NCBI GenBank assembly: GCA_964610055.1
Contig: CAZSUC010000001.1
Location: 287,994-351,993 of the forward strand
DNA from: an uncultured Candidatus Saccharibacteria bacterium
Lineage (GTDB): Bacteria; Patescibacteriota; Andersenbacteria; UBA10190
DNA length: 64,000 bases
Direction: 5' to 3'
Each line of letters begins with the position of its first letter. The first letter of the stretch is position 1. Below, piece by piece: positions 30,619 to 41,540 of this stretch. The translations under genes and the position numbers were made by a program. The notes under the pieces were generated by a model, which worked only from the letters and a program-made list of their open reading frames with translations, was not told the DNA's origin and did not search any database.

Positions 30619-30646
30619 GCATCTTTGCCTTTTTCCTCACTATACT
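30617..30646 (+). promoter_or_regulatory. Promoter of the tRNA-Met/Asp operon, TTGCAT-18nt-TATACT
   Basis: -35 at 30617-30622 and -10 at 30641-30646. The predicted TSS falls 4-7 nt before the tRNA 5' end. Confidence 0.5.
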
Positions 30647-30656
30647 TGCCCCATAC

Positions 30657-30733
30657 GGCGGGGTAGCTCAGTTGGTTAGAGCACGGGACTCATAAGCCCG
30701 GGGTCGTGGGTTCGAATCCCACCCCCGCTACAA
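30657..30733 (+). tRNA. tRNA with CAT anticodon (elongator Met or lysidine-Ile2)
   Basis: Acceptor GGCGGGG/CCCCGCT (G1-U72), D-arm GCTC-AGTTGGTTA-GAGC, anticodon loop CTCATAA, T-arm GTGGG-TTCGAAT-CCCAC, A73. CCA not fully encoded. A31/G39 mismatch in the anticodon stem. Confidence 0.8.
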
Positions 30734-30799
30734 CTAGACAATTGCCCTAATTTATGTATCCTTTTAATGTCACTTGCTTGTGCAAGCGGCTGTTAAATT

Positions 30800-30876
30800 G
30801 GACCCGTAGCTCAGTTGGTTAGAGCGTCGCCCTGTCACGGCGAAGGCCACCGGTTCGAGCCCGGCCGGGTCCGCCA
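30800..30876 (+). tRNA. tRNA-Asp, anticodon GTC
   Basis: Acceptor GGACCCG/CGGGTCC, anticodon stem TCGCC/GGCGA, loop CTGTCAC, T-loop TTCGAGC, G73 and encoded CCA. Confidence 0.9.
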
Positions 30877-30945
30877 CCTTCCGTGATGCTTGGGCTACAC
30901 GTCTCGTGTAGCACAGGGGGAGAACATCACGGAAGGATTTTTGTT
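30877..30945 (+). terminator. Nested-hairpin rho-independent terminator of the tRNA operon
   Basis: Outer 12-bp stem CCTTCCGTGATG/CATCACGGAAGG enclosing an inner 8-bp hairpin GCTACACG-TCT-CGTGTAGC, followed by ATTTTTGTT. Confidence 0.7.
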
Positions 30946-30956
30946 ATACTCCATAC

Positions 30957-31352
30957 ATGACCGTTCGTTTCTTTTTACTCATATCTTTTCTCGCCACTCT
31001 AATTGGAGCTGGTGCCTCGGCTTTAGTTATTACTTCTCTTGATCCTAATCAAGCCGGCCCTCTCGGTTTTATCCTGCTTTTCTTGAGCTTATTCGTTGCG
31101 ATTTCCGGTCTAACTTCTATTTTAGGCTATTTAATTCGTCGTTTACTTTTACCTCGCACCTTTGCCACTTATTTAGTTCGAACCTCTTTACGGCAAGGAT
31201 TGATTGTCAGTTTGTTTTTCTTAATCTTGCTTTTCTTACAATTATTACGTCTCTATCGCTGGTGGATTGCCATTATTCTGCTTGTCCTTTTACTCTCTCT
31301 TGAGTTAGTATTTTCAAGTTATGACCGCCCTCACTCCCAGAGATCTCATTAA
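30957..31352 (+). CDS. Hypothetical polytopic small membrane protein
   Basis: 131 aa, L-rich, three hydrophobic helices. Overlaps pheS by 32 nt. Confidence 0.5.
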   Translation: MTVRFFLLISFLATLIGAGASALVITSLDPNQAGPLGFILLFLSLFVAISGLTSILGYLIRRLLLPRTFATYLVRTSLRQGLIVSLFFLILLFLQLLRLYRWWIAIILLVLLLSLELVFSSYDRPHSQRSH

Positions 31353-32349
31353 GCTGTCCGAGTCCGCTTTAGCCGAGCTTACCGCGCTTGCTACTGTCTC
31401 TGCTTGTGAAACTTGGCGTATTCACTATTTAGGTCGCAAAGGTCTTATCCCTTTAGCTTTAAGGCAAATTAAAGACGCTCCTGTTTCTGATCGCGCTGTC
31501 CTTGGTCAAACTGGCAACCAAGTTCGTCAGACTTTAGAGGATGCATTAGCCGCCAAGCTTGCCACTCTCCAGCCAACAGTATCGGCGTCATCATCTTCTG
31601 TTGTTCCAACAATCGGTCACCTGCATCCACTTTCTCTCTCAATCCGCCAACTTTACGCCACCTTATCTTCTCTAGGTTTTCAACCAGTTGAAGGCCCTCA
31701 AGCTGAAGAAGCTCGGTATAATTTTGATTATTTAAATATTCCCCTGGAACATCCCGCTCGTGCTGAAACAGATACTTTCTATTTATCCGATCCCAGTTTA
31801 GTATTGCGAACGCATACTTCACCTGTCCAAGTGCGAGCGGTGTTAGAGCAAAATCTTATTCCTCCTTTTCGCATTTGTTCACCTGGCCGGGTTTTCCGTT
31901 CCGAAAGCACTGACGCCAGTCACGAATCAACTTTTTATCAATTTGAAGGACTTGAAATTGGAACCGATATTTCCGTCTCTCACTTAAAAGGGGCAATCCA
32001 ATCTATTTATTCTCGTTTCTTTGGCACCGACGTTACCACTCGTTTACGAACTAGTTTTTTCCCGTTTGTTGAGCCTGGTTTTGAAGTTGATATTTCTTGT
32101 TTCTTTTGCCAGCAAAAAGGATGTCGGGTTTGCAAACAATCCGGTTGGATTGAGGTTATGGGTGCTGGTATTGTGCATCCCAATGTTCTCAAAAATATGA
32201 ACATTGATCCGACTCGATATCAAGGTTATGCCTTTGGCGGCGCTATTGATCGCATCGCTATGTTGCGCCACGGCATCAATGACATCCGTTTGCTTTGGCG
32301 TGGGGAATTCCAATTCCTCAAGCAGTTTTCTTCATTTCCGTCCTCATAA
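31321..32349 (+). CDS. pheS: Phenylalanine-tRNA ligase alpha subunit
   Basis: Class II aaRS motifs FRICSPGRVFRSE and FYQFEGLEIG. 342 aa. Confidence 0.9.
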   Translation: MTALTPRDLIKLSESALAELTALATVSACETWRIHYLGRKGLIPLALRQIKDAPVSDRAVLGQTGNQVRQTLEDALAAKLATLQPTVSASSSSVVPTIGHLHPLSLSIRQLYATLSSLGFQPVEGPQAEEARYNFDYLNIPLEHPARAETDTFYLSDPSLVLRTHTSPVQVRAVLEQNLIPPFRICSPGRVFRSESTDASHESTFYQFEGLEIGTDISVSHLKGAIQSIYSRFFGTDVTTRLRTSFFPFVEPGFEVDISCFFCQQKGCRVCKQSGWIEVMGAGIVHPNVLKNMNIDPTRYQGYAFGGAIDRIAMLRHGINDIRLLWRGEFQFLKQFSSFPSS

Positions 32350-32354
32350 AGTCT

Positions 32355-34754
32355 ATGCAAGTCTCCTATAATTGGCTCAAATCATTTCTTCCTGATCTTG
32401 GCTTGTCACCCGTTGAGTTGTCGCGTTTGCTCAACGAAAGAAGTTTTGAAATGGAAATTATCGGCACCATTGCTCTTGATGCCAATATTAAAGTTGTCCA
32501 AATCACTGCCTTAAATCCACATCCTCATGCTGACCGTCTGCGCCTCGCGACTATTATTGATGGCGCAACCGAAATTACAGTTGTTTGTGGTGCTCCTAAT
32601 ATTCAAGTTGGCGATGTCGTTCCGTATGCTCCGCCCGGCAGTCGTGTTTTAGATGAAAATGGTCAACCTTTTGCTTTGCGAGTTGCCACTATCCGCGGTA
32701 TTGAAAGTCCAGGTATGCTCACGTCTCCTCGTGAACTTGGCTTAGGGCCTTCGCATACCGGTATTTTTATTCTGCCGTCTGACTCTCCACTCGGAACGTC
32801 TTTACGTCAGCATCTTCCTGACGATACTCTCTTTGAAGCTGATGTTACGCCTAATCGTGCGCATGATTGTATGGGTCATCTCGGCATTGCCCAAGAAATT
32901 GCTGCTTTATTAAATTTGTCTCTCGCGTCCATTAATGTCCCCACTTTACCAGAGACACAATTACCTGATTGGAGAGTTCAAATTGAAGACGCCTCACATT
33001 GTTCTTGGTATTGGGGTGCTCTTCTCGAAAACATTACGATTACTGCCTCGCCTTTATGGCTTCAAGCTCGCTTGCTTTCGGCTGGTATTCGTCCGATTAA
33101 TAACGTCGTTGACTGTTCTAATTATGTCATGTTAGAAACCGGGCACCCGACTCATGCTTTCGATGCTGATCGTTTGCCTGGCCGTGATATTACTATTCGT
33201 TTTGCTCGCCCTCATGAAATTATTACGACTCTGGATGATGTTGCTCGCTCTCTTACTCCTCAAAACTTAGTAATTACTAGCGCGGATACTCCAGTTGCCA
33301 TTGCCGGTGTGATGGGGGGCAAAGACACTGAGGTCACATCTTCCACAAAACGTCTCTTTTTAGAAGTCGCCCATTTTTCCGGTTACACTATCCAGCAATC
33401 AGCCGCTGAACTAAAACTGCATACTGATAGTTCTTTGCGTTTCCGCCGGGAAGTGCCCCCAGCTACTATTCCGGCCGCGGCTGCGCGTTTCGTTCAGCTG
33501 CTTTCCGAAACCGCTCACACTGATTTTATTGGTGCCGTTTCGCATCACGTTGAAACACATTCCTCTCGTGTTATTAAATTCCGTCCCGCTCAAGTTACCG
33601 CTATCGCTGGAGCCAAATATTCTCTTGCTGAAACCAAAACCGCTCTGGAGCGCCTACGCTGCACTGTCACTCATGCATCTGATGACATTTGGTCAGTTAC
33701 TCCGCCTGTCGATCGCCTCGACCTTATTTTAGAAAACGATTTAGTTGAAGAAGTAATTCGTCTTTATGGCTTTGATCGCATTTCAGCTATTACTCCGGTT
33801 ACTCCTCATCCAGTCTCTCTACCTACACCTCTCTTATGGGAAGAAACCATGCGCGATTTAGCTGCCAATTTTGGCGCTACCGAAGCATTTAATTATTCTT
33901 TTGGCGATACTCAATTTAACTCCTTAGTAAAATATCCTGAATCTAATACTCCTCGCGTTAAAATTGCCAATCCACCTACTCCTCAACAAACCTATTTACG
34001 CACTGAACTCTTACCGCAGCTCTTAGCCGGACTTTTAGTTAATAAAGCTGTCTTACGTCAAAAGACCTCCTCCCCAGAACGATCTCTGTTCGAAATTGGT
34101 TCTGTTTTTGCCGCTCAAGATTCTGGTCGTGTTCCTGGCATCACCGAAACCAAGCACTTTGGTTTAGTTGCTGCTGGTGCATCCGCTAATCTCGACTATC
34201 TCCGATCTTTATTAGATCAAATTTTCCAAATTATGGGATTAACTGGAGTTGCTTTTACTGAGGACTCTCATGCAAATCATGAATTTTGGTCCACCGATGC
34301 TCGTCTCTTAATCTTCAGCGGAGAAAATATTGGCTTTATCGGATCACTATCTTCTCGTTCTCTAGTCTCTCAAAAGTTACAACAACCAGTCGCTTGTTTA
34401 GAGTTGAATTTATCCGCTTTAATTCCGCATGCCACTCTTTCTCCCGACTATACTCCAGTTCTTGATCATAACGCCGTTCAGTACGAAGCCCCGAGCAAAT
34501 ATCCTGCCGTTTTTCGCGACCTGTCTTTACAAACTAATGGTCATATCTCGGCCGACACAATTCAAGCTACTATCGAGCGTCTTGGCGGCACCAATTTAAA
34601 AGACACGGAACTTTTTGACACCTATCAAGACAGTTTTTCTTTTCATCTGACTTTTGTTGCTCATGACCACACTCTGACTGATACCGAAGCTGATCAGCTC
34701 TTGCGTGTTATTAGCGACGGACTTAGTAAGGAGCTAGATTTAGAAATCAGGTAA
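32355..34754 (+). CDS. pheT: Phenylalanine-tRNA ligase beta subunit
   Basis: About 800 aa. N-terminal tRNA-binding, B3/B4 and B5 domains and C-terminal FDX-ACB-like region. Start taken at ATG 32355 (MQVSYNWLK), just after the pheS stop. Confidence 0.9.
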   Translation: MQVSYNWLKSFLPDLGLSPVELSRLLNERSFEMEIIGTIALDANIKVVQITALNPHPHADRLRLATIIDGATEITVVCGAPNIQVGDVVPYAPPGSRVLDENGQPFALRVATIRGIESPGMLTSPRELGLGPSHTGIFILPSDSPLGTSLRQHLPDDTLFEADVTPNRAHDCMGHLGIAQEIAALLNLSLASINVPTLPETQLPDWRVQIEDASHCSWYWGALLENITITASPLWLQARLLSAGIRPINNVVDCSNYVMLETGHPTHAFDADRLPGRDITIRFARPHEIITTLDDVARSLTPQNLVITSADTPVAIAGVMGGKDTEVTSSTKRLFLEVAHFSGYTIQQSAAELKLHTDSSLRFRREVPPATIPAAAARFVQLLSETAHTDFIGAVSHHVETHSSRVIKFRPAQVTAIAGAKYSLAETKTALERLRCTVTHASDDIWSVTPPVDRLDLILENDLVEEVIRLYGFDRISAITPVTPHPVSLPTPLLWEETMRDLAANFGATEAFNYSFGDTQFNSLVKYPESNTPRVKIANPPTPQQTYLRTELLPQLLAGLLVNKAVLRQKTSSPERSLFEIGSVFAAQDSGRVPGITETKHFGLVAAGASANLDYLRSLLDQIFQIMGLTGVAFTEDSHANHEFWSTDARLLIFSGENIGFIGSLSSRSLVSQKLQQPVACLELNLSALIPHATLSPDYTPVLDHNAVQYEAPSKYPAVFRDLSLQTNGHISADTIQATIERLGGTNLKDTELFDTYQDSFSFHLTFVAHDHTLTDTEADQLLRVISDGLSKELDLEIR

Positions 34755-34809
34755 AAAGCCCTGTTTTTCTCCGAAAAAACCTGTTATGATAAACTGTCAT
34801 TACTACTAA

Positions 34810-36768
<1,959 letters not shown>

Positions 36769-36865
36769 CTTAATAAGACACTAGCAACATCACTCTGTCC
36801 GGGCTTTTCGTTATATTTGCTGTAAAAAATATATCTTGCTAAGTTAAATATACAAACTTGCTCCT

Positions 36866-37252
36866 TGAAAAAAAGAGACGGATTTATCCAAGAAAGAAAA
36901 ACTCGATTCCGGACCACAAAAAAGGGGATAGGTCTCGGATCAGCCCAAACCATGTCTCACGGAGGCATGGGGTTATAGGTCTGCCAGAGTGAAGTTACAA
37001 AGCTAAGCGCAAGGTGAAGATTACCACAGAGAGTGCAAAAGTCTCGTATCCTTCGCGCAAAGCCTTCTTGGCCGTACCTGAGTAGATTGGACACTTCCAA
37101 TCCAGTCGAAATCACTTGTTCGCATGCTTTAGGCTAAACTTAAGCTCTTTTGAGCGTAGGTATGCAGAAGAGAATACCCTCTCAGAGGAACCCCTTCTCA
37201 AGCCCGCATGAAAAACAAGTAAGGCTAAAGGTCCCCACCGTCTCTTTTTTTG
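36866..37252 (+). ncRNA. Candidate RNase P RNA (rnpB) or other long structured RNA; ends closed by a 14-bp helix
   Basis: 5' AAAAAAAGAGACGG (36868-36881) is perfectly complementary to 3' CCGTCTCTTTTTTT (37238-37251), P1-like. Internal motifs appear in rnpB order: A-rich run + AAGGGG + AUAGG, then ACAGAGAG-GCAAA, then GGCCGUAC-UGA, then CAGAGGAACCCCUU, which is complementary to AAGGGG (P4-like). No ORF over 82 aa. Terminator directly downstream. Confidence 0.4.
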
Positions 37253-37257
37253 TACGT

Positions 37258-37284
37258 CGCGGCTTCACCATGAAGCCGCTTTTT
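37258..37284 (+). terminator. Rho-independent terminator
   Basis: Stem CGCGGCTTCA/TGAAGCCGC with a 2-4 nt loop, followed by TTTTT at 37280-37284. Confidence 0.65.
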
Positions 37285-37325
37285 AAACTTGCTTTATTTC
37301 TTCTCTTGGTGTACCATTTTACTAG

Positions 37326-37349
37326 TAGCCCGTGGGGGCTATTTTTAAG
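37326..37349 (+). terminator. Second terminator/attenuator-like hairpin upstream of secE
   Basis: TAGCCC-GTGG-GGGCTA followed by TTTTTAAG. Confidence 0.4.
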
Positions 37350-37367
37350 ACAAGAAAACAAACGATT

Positions 37368-37601
37368 ATGGCTGCCAAAATCCCGAAAAAAAGCCTAATT
37401 ACCCAGATATTTAACCTTCCAAGCGGCTTATTAACTTTTATTAAACAAGCTCGAGAAGAGCTGAAAAAAGTTCAATGGCCCACTCGAGAAGTTACTACGC
37501 AGTACACCATTGTCGTTATTTTCTCAAGCATAGTCGTAGGCGCATTTGTTGGCGGTGTCGACTATTTGCTCATGCGTCTCCTTGAAACCATAATTATCTA
37601 A
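37368..37601 (+). CDS. secE: Preprotein translocase subunit SecE
   Basis: 77 aa from ATG 37368. Single C-terminal TM helix. Conserved position ahead of nusG-rplK-rplA. Confidence 0.75.
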   Translation: MAAKIPKKSLITQIFNLPSGLLTFIKQAREELKKVQWPTREVTTQYTIVVIFSSIVVGAFVGGVDYLLMRLLETIII

Positions 37602-37611
37602 TCTTAAATAT

Positions 37612-38166
37612 ATGGCTCCAGAGCCTACCTCAACTAGCAATAATGGATCATGGTACGTACTTCACACGTATTCTGGTTATGAGGATAACGTCGCTCGTAA
37701 CTTACGTCAGCGTATTGAGTCCATGGGTATGGAAGAAAAAATCTTCCAAGTTATCGTGCCGCGTGAAAAGAAAATTCGCGTCAAAAATGGTAAACGCAAA
37801 GTTATTGAAGAGCGCCTATTTCCCGGTTACGTTTTAGTTCAAATGATTGTTACTGAAGATTCTTGGTATGTTGTTCGCAATACGCCTAATGTAACTGGTT
37901 TCGTCGGTTCTGGTACCACCCCAACTCCAATTTCAGAAGAAGAGGTTAGTCGCTTGCTTAAGCGTATGGGTGAAGACGAACCGAAATACAAGATTGATGT
38001 TAAAGAAGGCGATTCAGTTAAAATCATGGATGGTCCGTTTAAAGACTTTGAAGGTAAGATCTCCGAAAGCAATGAAGCCAAAGGTACTGTTAAGGTTCTG
38101 GTTAATGTCTTCGGTCGTGAAACCCCAGTCGAACTTGACTATTTACAAATAAAGAAGGAAATTTAA
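37612..38166 (+). CDS. nusG: Transcription antitermination factor NusG
   Basis: NGN domain ([11 protein letters not shown]) and C-terminal KOW ([18 protein letters not shown]). Confidence 0.9.
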   Translation: MAPEPTSTSNNGSWYVLHTYSGYEDNVARNLRQRIESMGMEEKIFQVIVPREKKIRVKNGKRKVIEERLFPGYVLVQMIVTEDSWYVVRNTPNVTGFVGSGTTPTPISEEEVSRLLKRMGEDEPKYKIDVKEGDSVKIMDGPFKDFEGKISESNEAKGTVKVLVNVFGRETPVELDYLQIKKEI

Positions 38167-38182
38167 TCAATTACTTACTCAC

Positions 38183-38602
38183 ATGCCCGCAATACTCACC
38201 AAACTGAAATTACAAGCCCCTGGCGGAAAAGCAACGCCTGCGCCTCCTATTGGTCCTGCTTTAGGTCAGCACGGAGTTAATATTCAGGAATTTGTCACTC
38301 GTTTTAACGACATGACCAAGGATATGATGGGGGACATCATTCCGGTCGAAGTTACTATTTATGATGACCGGAGCATGGATCTGGTTTTAAAGACCCCGCC
38401 TGCTGCCGAATTATTAAAAAAAGCTGCTGGTCTCAGCAAGGGCTCTAGCAAACCTAACACGGATAAAGTTGGTACTGTTACGCAGGCTCAGATTAAAGAA
38501 ATTGCCGAACGGAAGATGGAAGACTTGTCTGCGCGTGACATTGATGCGGCTGTCAAAATAATTTCTGGCACCGCTCGTTCTATGGGAATTAACATTGAAT
38601 AG
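38183..38602 (+). CDS. rplK: 50S ribosomal protein L11
   Basis: [27 protein letters not shown]11 signature. 139 aa. Confidence 0.9.
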   Translation: MPAILTKLKLQAPGGKATPAPPIGPALGQHGVNIQEFVTRFNDMTKDMMGDIIPVEVTIYDDRSMDLVLKTPPAAELLKKAAGLSKGSSKPNTDKVGTVTQAQIKEIAERKMEDLSARDIDAAVKIISGTARSMGINIE

Positions 38603-39287
38603 TTTTATGTCTGGTAAACTCATGAAAAAAATAAAAGAGAAGTTATCCGCTGGTCCACACGACCTAGCCGCCGCTGTTGCTTTCTTGCAGGAAAACAAGC
38701 GTTCTTCTTTTAACGAAACAATCGAGCTGCACGTTCATTTAGGTATTAATCCTACCAAATCTGACCAAATGGTCCGTGGTAGTGTTGTTTTACCGGCTGG
38801 CGCTCCTAAGCAAAAGCGTATCGCCGTTTTTACTAACGACACTACTGTGGGCAAAGCTGCTCAAAAAGCTGGCGCCGCGCTTGTCGGCGGAGACGAATTA
38901 ATTGAACAAGTTGCGACCGAAAACAAATTAGATGCCGATATTACTATTGCCACCCCTGACATGATGCCAAAAATCGCAAAAGTTGCTCGCATTCTTGGTC
39001 CCCAGGGCTTAATGCCAAACCCAAAGACTGGCACTGTCACACCTGATCCTGCTAAGGCCGTTCAAGAACTTTCCAGTGGTAAGCTATCTTTCAAGATGGA
39101 TCAACAAGGCAACATTCATGAATCAATTGGGAAAGCCGATTGGGAAGCTAAAAAAATCATTGCTAACGCCCAAGCTCTCTTAGACGCGATTCGCCAAAAT
39201 CGTCCCGCGGCTGCCAAAGGGGAACTAATTAAGCGCGTGACTATTTCCAGTACCATGGGTCCTGGAATTAAGATCACCCTTTCCTAA
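38595..39287 (+). CDS. rplA: 50S ribosomal protein L1
   Basis: 230 aa. Conserved L1 fold motifs and position after rplK. Confidence 0.9.
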   Translation: MNSFMSGKLMKKIKEKLSAGPHDLAAAVAFLQENKRSSFNETIELHVHLGINPTKSDQMVRGSVVLPAGAPKQKRIAVFTNDTTVGKAAQKAGAALVGGDELIEQVATENKLDADITIATPDMMPKIAKVARILGPQGLMPNPKTGTVTPDPAKAVQELSSGKLSFKMDQQGNIHESIGKADWEAKKIIANAQALLDAIRQNRPAAAKGELIKRVTISSTMGPGIKITLS

Positions 39288-39293
39288 TTATAC

Positions 39294-40025
39294 TTGCGCT
39301 GTCCGATGGCTCCTGCTCTCGGTAACGAATCTCAGCGTGGTCTTCTGATTGCCTTTGATGGCATTGATAGCTCTGGCAAAGAGACTCAGTCTAGGTTATT
39401 AGTTGAGCGCTTGCGTTATCAAGGGCATAAAGTGCATCAATTCACTACGCCCGATTACAGTACTGCGACCGGACAAGAGATAAAACAGCGTTTACAAAAT
39501 AAACTTGGATGCTGGGAAGATACTCCTTGGCATGAAAAAATGGATCTTTTTGCTCGTAACCGTGCCGAACATCGTGATGAAGTCGTTTCTGCTTTAATGG
39601 CTAACGAGATAGTTATCTACGATCGCTATGTTCCCTCTAGTTTAGCTTTTTTTACCATTGATGCCTTGCTGCCCCAGGAAGTTGATCTGAAACGTTCTGA
39701 AATTCAAAATCAAATCTCTCAAACAGAATATCAGCAGTATGATATGCCGTCTGAGAATATTTCTATTTTTTTGGACTTATCTCCGCGGGAAGCCGACCAA
39801 CTATTGCATGTTCGTAAATCTACTAATCAGGATGCCGACGAGGTAACTGATCAATTAAATATTCAAGAACGGCTTTACAACGAATATGACGTTTTATGCA
39901 CTCAAAATCCGACCAAATTCTTACGGGTAAAATGTGTGTCTGGTAATCAACTCTTAAGTATCGAAGCAATCTCTGAGCTTATTTGGGCGGGTCTGCTCGC
40001 ACGTTTTCCCCAGCTTCACATTTGA
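39294..40025 (+). CDS. tmk: Thymidylate kinase
   Basis: P-loop IAFDGIDSSGKETQ, DRY motif (YDRYVPSS) and LID-region basic residues. Confidence 0.75.
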   Translation: MRCPMAPALGNESQRGLLIAFDGIDSSGKETQSRLLVERLRYQGHKVHQFTTPDYSTATGQEIKQRLQNKLGCWEDTPWHEKMDLFARNRAEHRDEVVSALMANEIVIYDRYVPSSLAFFTIDALLPQEVDLKRSEIQNQISQTEYQQYDMPSENISIFLDLSPREADQLLHVRKSTNQDADEVTDQLNIQERLYNEYDVLCTQNPTKFLRVKCVSGNQLLSIEAISELIWAGLLARFPQLHI

Positions 40026-40046
40026 AAATATCATAGGTATCATTAC

Positions 40047-40745
40047 TTGATGCCTAAAAAACAATCCACAACTAAATCTATTTCAAATCCGTTCATCGTT
40101 ATTGAAGCGCTTGATGCTGGCGGCAGCCAAACGCAAACCAATCTTCTTGTGCGTCATTTCCGGCAGGCAAAATATCAGGTTCTACCTCTCCATTTTCCGC
40201 AAGAAGATCGTTTAACCGGTCGGGTAGTTTACGATAAATTCTTACATCGCCATAATGACCAGGCTTTTACTCGTCGCGAACAAGCTTTGCTCTACATTAT
40301 GGATTTTTATTCCCGTGCCGAAGATATTACCCAGGTTAAACAACAGAAACGAGGAAAACACGCCGTCATTACTGATCGCTTTTGCACTAGCACCTTTGCC
40401 TATCAAACGCTTGGTTTAACCGGCAAAACTTGGGATAAAACCCTCGCTTGGCTGGAATGGATGTGTTATGCCGATCAGCCTGCTTTACCACGACCAGATC
40501 TGATTATTTTTATTGATACTCCGGTCGCTATTACCCTTGATCGCTTAGCCGCTAAAAAAACCGATTATTTCGAAAACAAAAAGAAACTTGAAGGTATTCG
40601 GCGCAATTATCTAAAAGTCGCCGCCCAACAAAATTGGCACCTTGTTAGTGGTGTCACTAGTGATGGCCGTGAACGAACTCGTCCGGATATTGCTCGTGAA
40701 ATTTGGCAGATTGTCGCAGACCAACTACACTTACCGCATGCGTAA
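40047..40745 (+). CDS. Thymidylate-kinase-like paralog with degenerate P-loop (no Walker lysine)
   Basis: IVIEALDAGGSQTQ in place of GxDGxGK[ST]T, DRF in place of DRY, otherwise the same length and topology as the upstream tmk. Confidence 0.6.
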   Translation: MMPKKQSTTKSISNPFIVIEALDAGGSQTQTNLLVRHFRQAKYQVLPLHFPQEDRLTGRVVYDKFLHRHNDQAFTRREQALLYIMDFYSRAEDITQVKQQKRGKHAVITDRFCTSTFAYQTLGLTGKTWDKTLAWLEWMCYADQPALPRPDLIIFIDTPVAITLDRLAAKKTDYFENKKKLEGIRRNYLKVAAQQNWHLVSGVTSDGRERTRPDIAREIWQIVADQLHLPHA

Positions 40746-41109
40746 AAAAAATTGGTTCGTCTCTCATCCTTCTAGCGGAGCCGATAACGCTCCCACTTTC
40801 TTTAGTGCCCTCCATCAATTTGCCGCTGTCTCTGGCAAGGTGACTTTAAACTGGCCGCCCGAACTCGCAGAATCAGCCGACATTCGTTTAACCGAAATGA
40901 AGAACTCTGATCTTGTTATTGCTGAAGTCTCCATCGCTTCCACTGGCACCGGTATTGATCTTGGTTGGGCCCATGCCAATCAAAAACCAATCATTGCTTT
41001 TCATCAAGGCACTAGTCCGATTTCGCCTTCTGTTCCGCCTATCGCTTCAGCTATTCACATTTACATTACCGAAAACGACATCATCAAGGTTTTAGAAACG
41101 CTTGTCTAA
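40738..41109 (+). CDS. Nucleoside 2-deoxyribosyltransferase-like / DNPH1-like protein
   Basis: 123 aa from ATG 40738. SDLVIAEVSIASTGTGIDLGWAHANQKPIIAF matches the PF05014 pattern D...D.GT.FE.G.A.A.GKPV. Overlaps the upstream gene by 8 nt. Confidence 0.5.
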   Translation: MRKKNWFVSHPSSGADNAPTFFSALHQFAAVSGKVTLNWPPELAESADIRLTEMKNSDLVIAEVSIASTGTGIDLGWAHANQKPIIAFHQGTSPISPSVPPIASAIHIYITENDIIKVLETLV

Positions 41110-41111
41110 AC

Positions 41112-41534
41112 CTATCTGCCCGAGCTTCCAAAAGCTTTCGCTCCTCGTTTACTGTCTGCTAATTTTTTAACTTCTTTTATTTGTGCCGACTCAAATTTCT
41201 GTAAAATGCATTGCACGATCTTATCGCCTGACTGTATTTTGACCGGTTTTTTTGTTGTGTTTAACAGGACAACCTTCCATTCCCCCCGGTACCCTGAATC
41301 AATCACTCCCGCTAACCGATGAATTCCTTTGCTTCCTAATCCCGATCGATCCCATAACAACGCCACGTAACCTTTTGCAAACTCCGCCGCAATTCCTGTG
41401 CTAAAAGCATAAACCTCTCCTGGTTTTAACGTGTGTGTCTCGTTCGTAAAAATATCTATTCCAGCGTCGCTCCGATTTTCTTTTTGTGGTAACACCGCAT
41501 TTTCTGCTAATTTTTTGACTTTGAATTGGATCAT
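41112..41534 (-). CDS. dut: dUTP diphosphatase
   Basis: GVIDSGYRGE motif 3 and AGIDI motif. 140 aa. Confidence 0.85.
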   Translation of the reverse strand: MIQFKVKKLAENAVLPQKENRSDAGIDIFTNETHTLKPGEVYAFSTGIAAEFAKGYVALLWDRSGLGSKGIHRLAGVIDSGYRGEWKVVLLNTTKKPVKIQSGDKIVQCILQKFESAQIKEVKKLADSKRGAKAFGSSGR

Positions 41535-41540
41535 AATTAT

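Noticed and set aside
36949-37398. 82-aa ORF (37150..37398) and a tmRNA hypothesis for the gyrB-secE spacer
   Set aside because: The ORF spans the terminator and has no RBS. tmRNA was rejected because there is no tRNA-like T-arm (GGTTCGANTCC) or CCA-proximal acceptor, and no tag-peptide reading frame ending in AA-stop.
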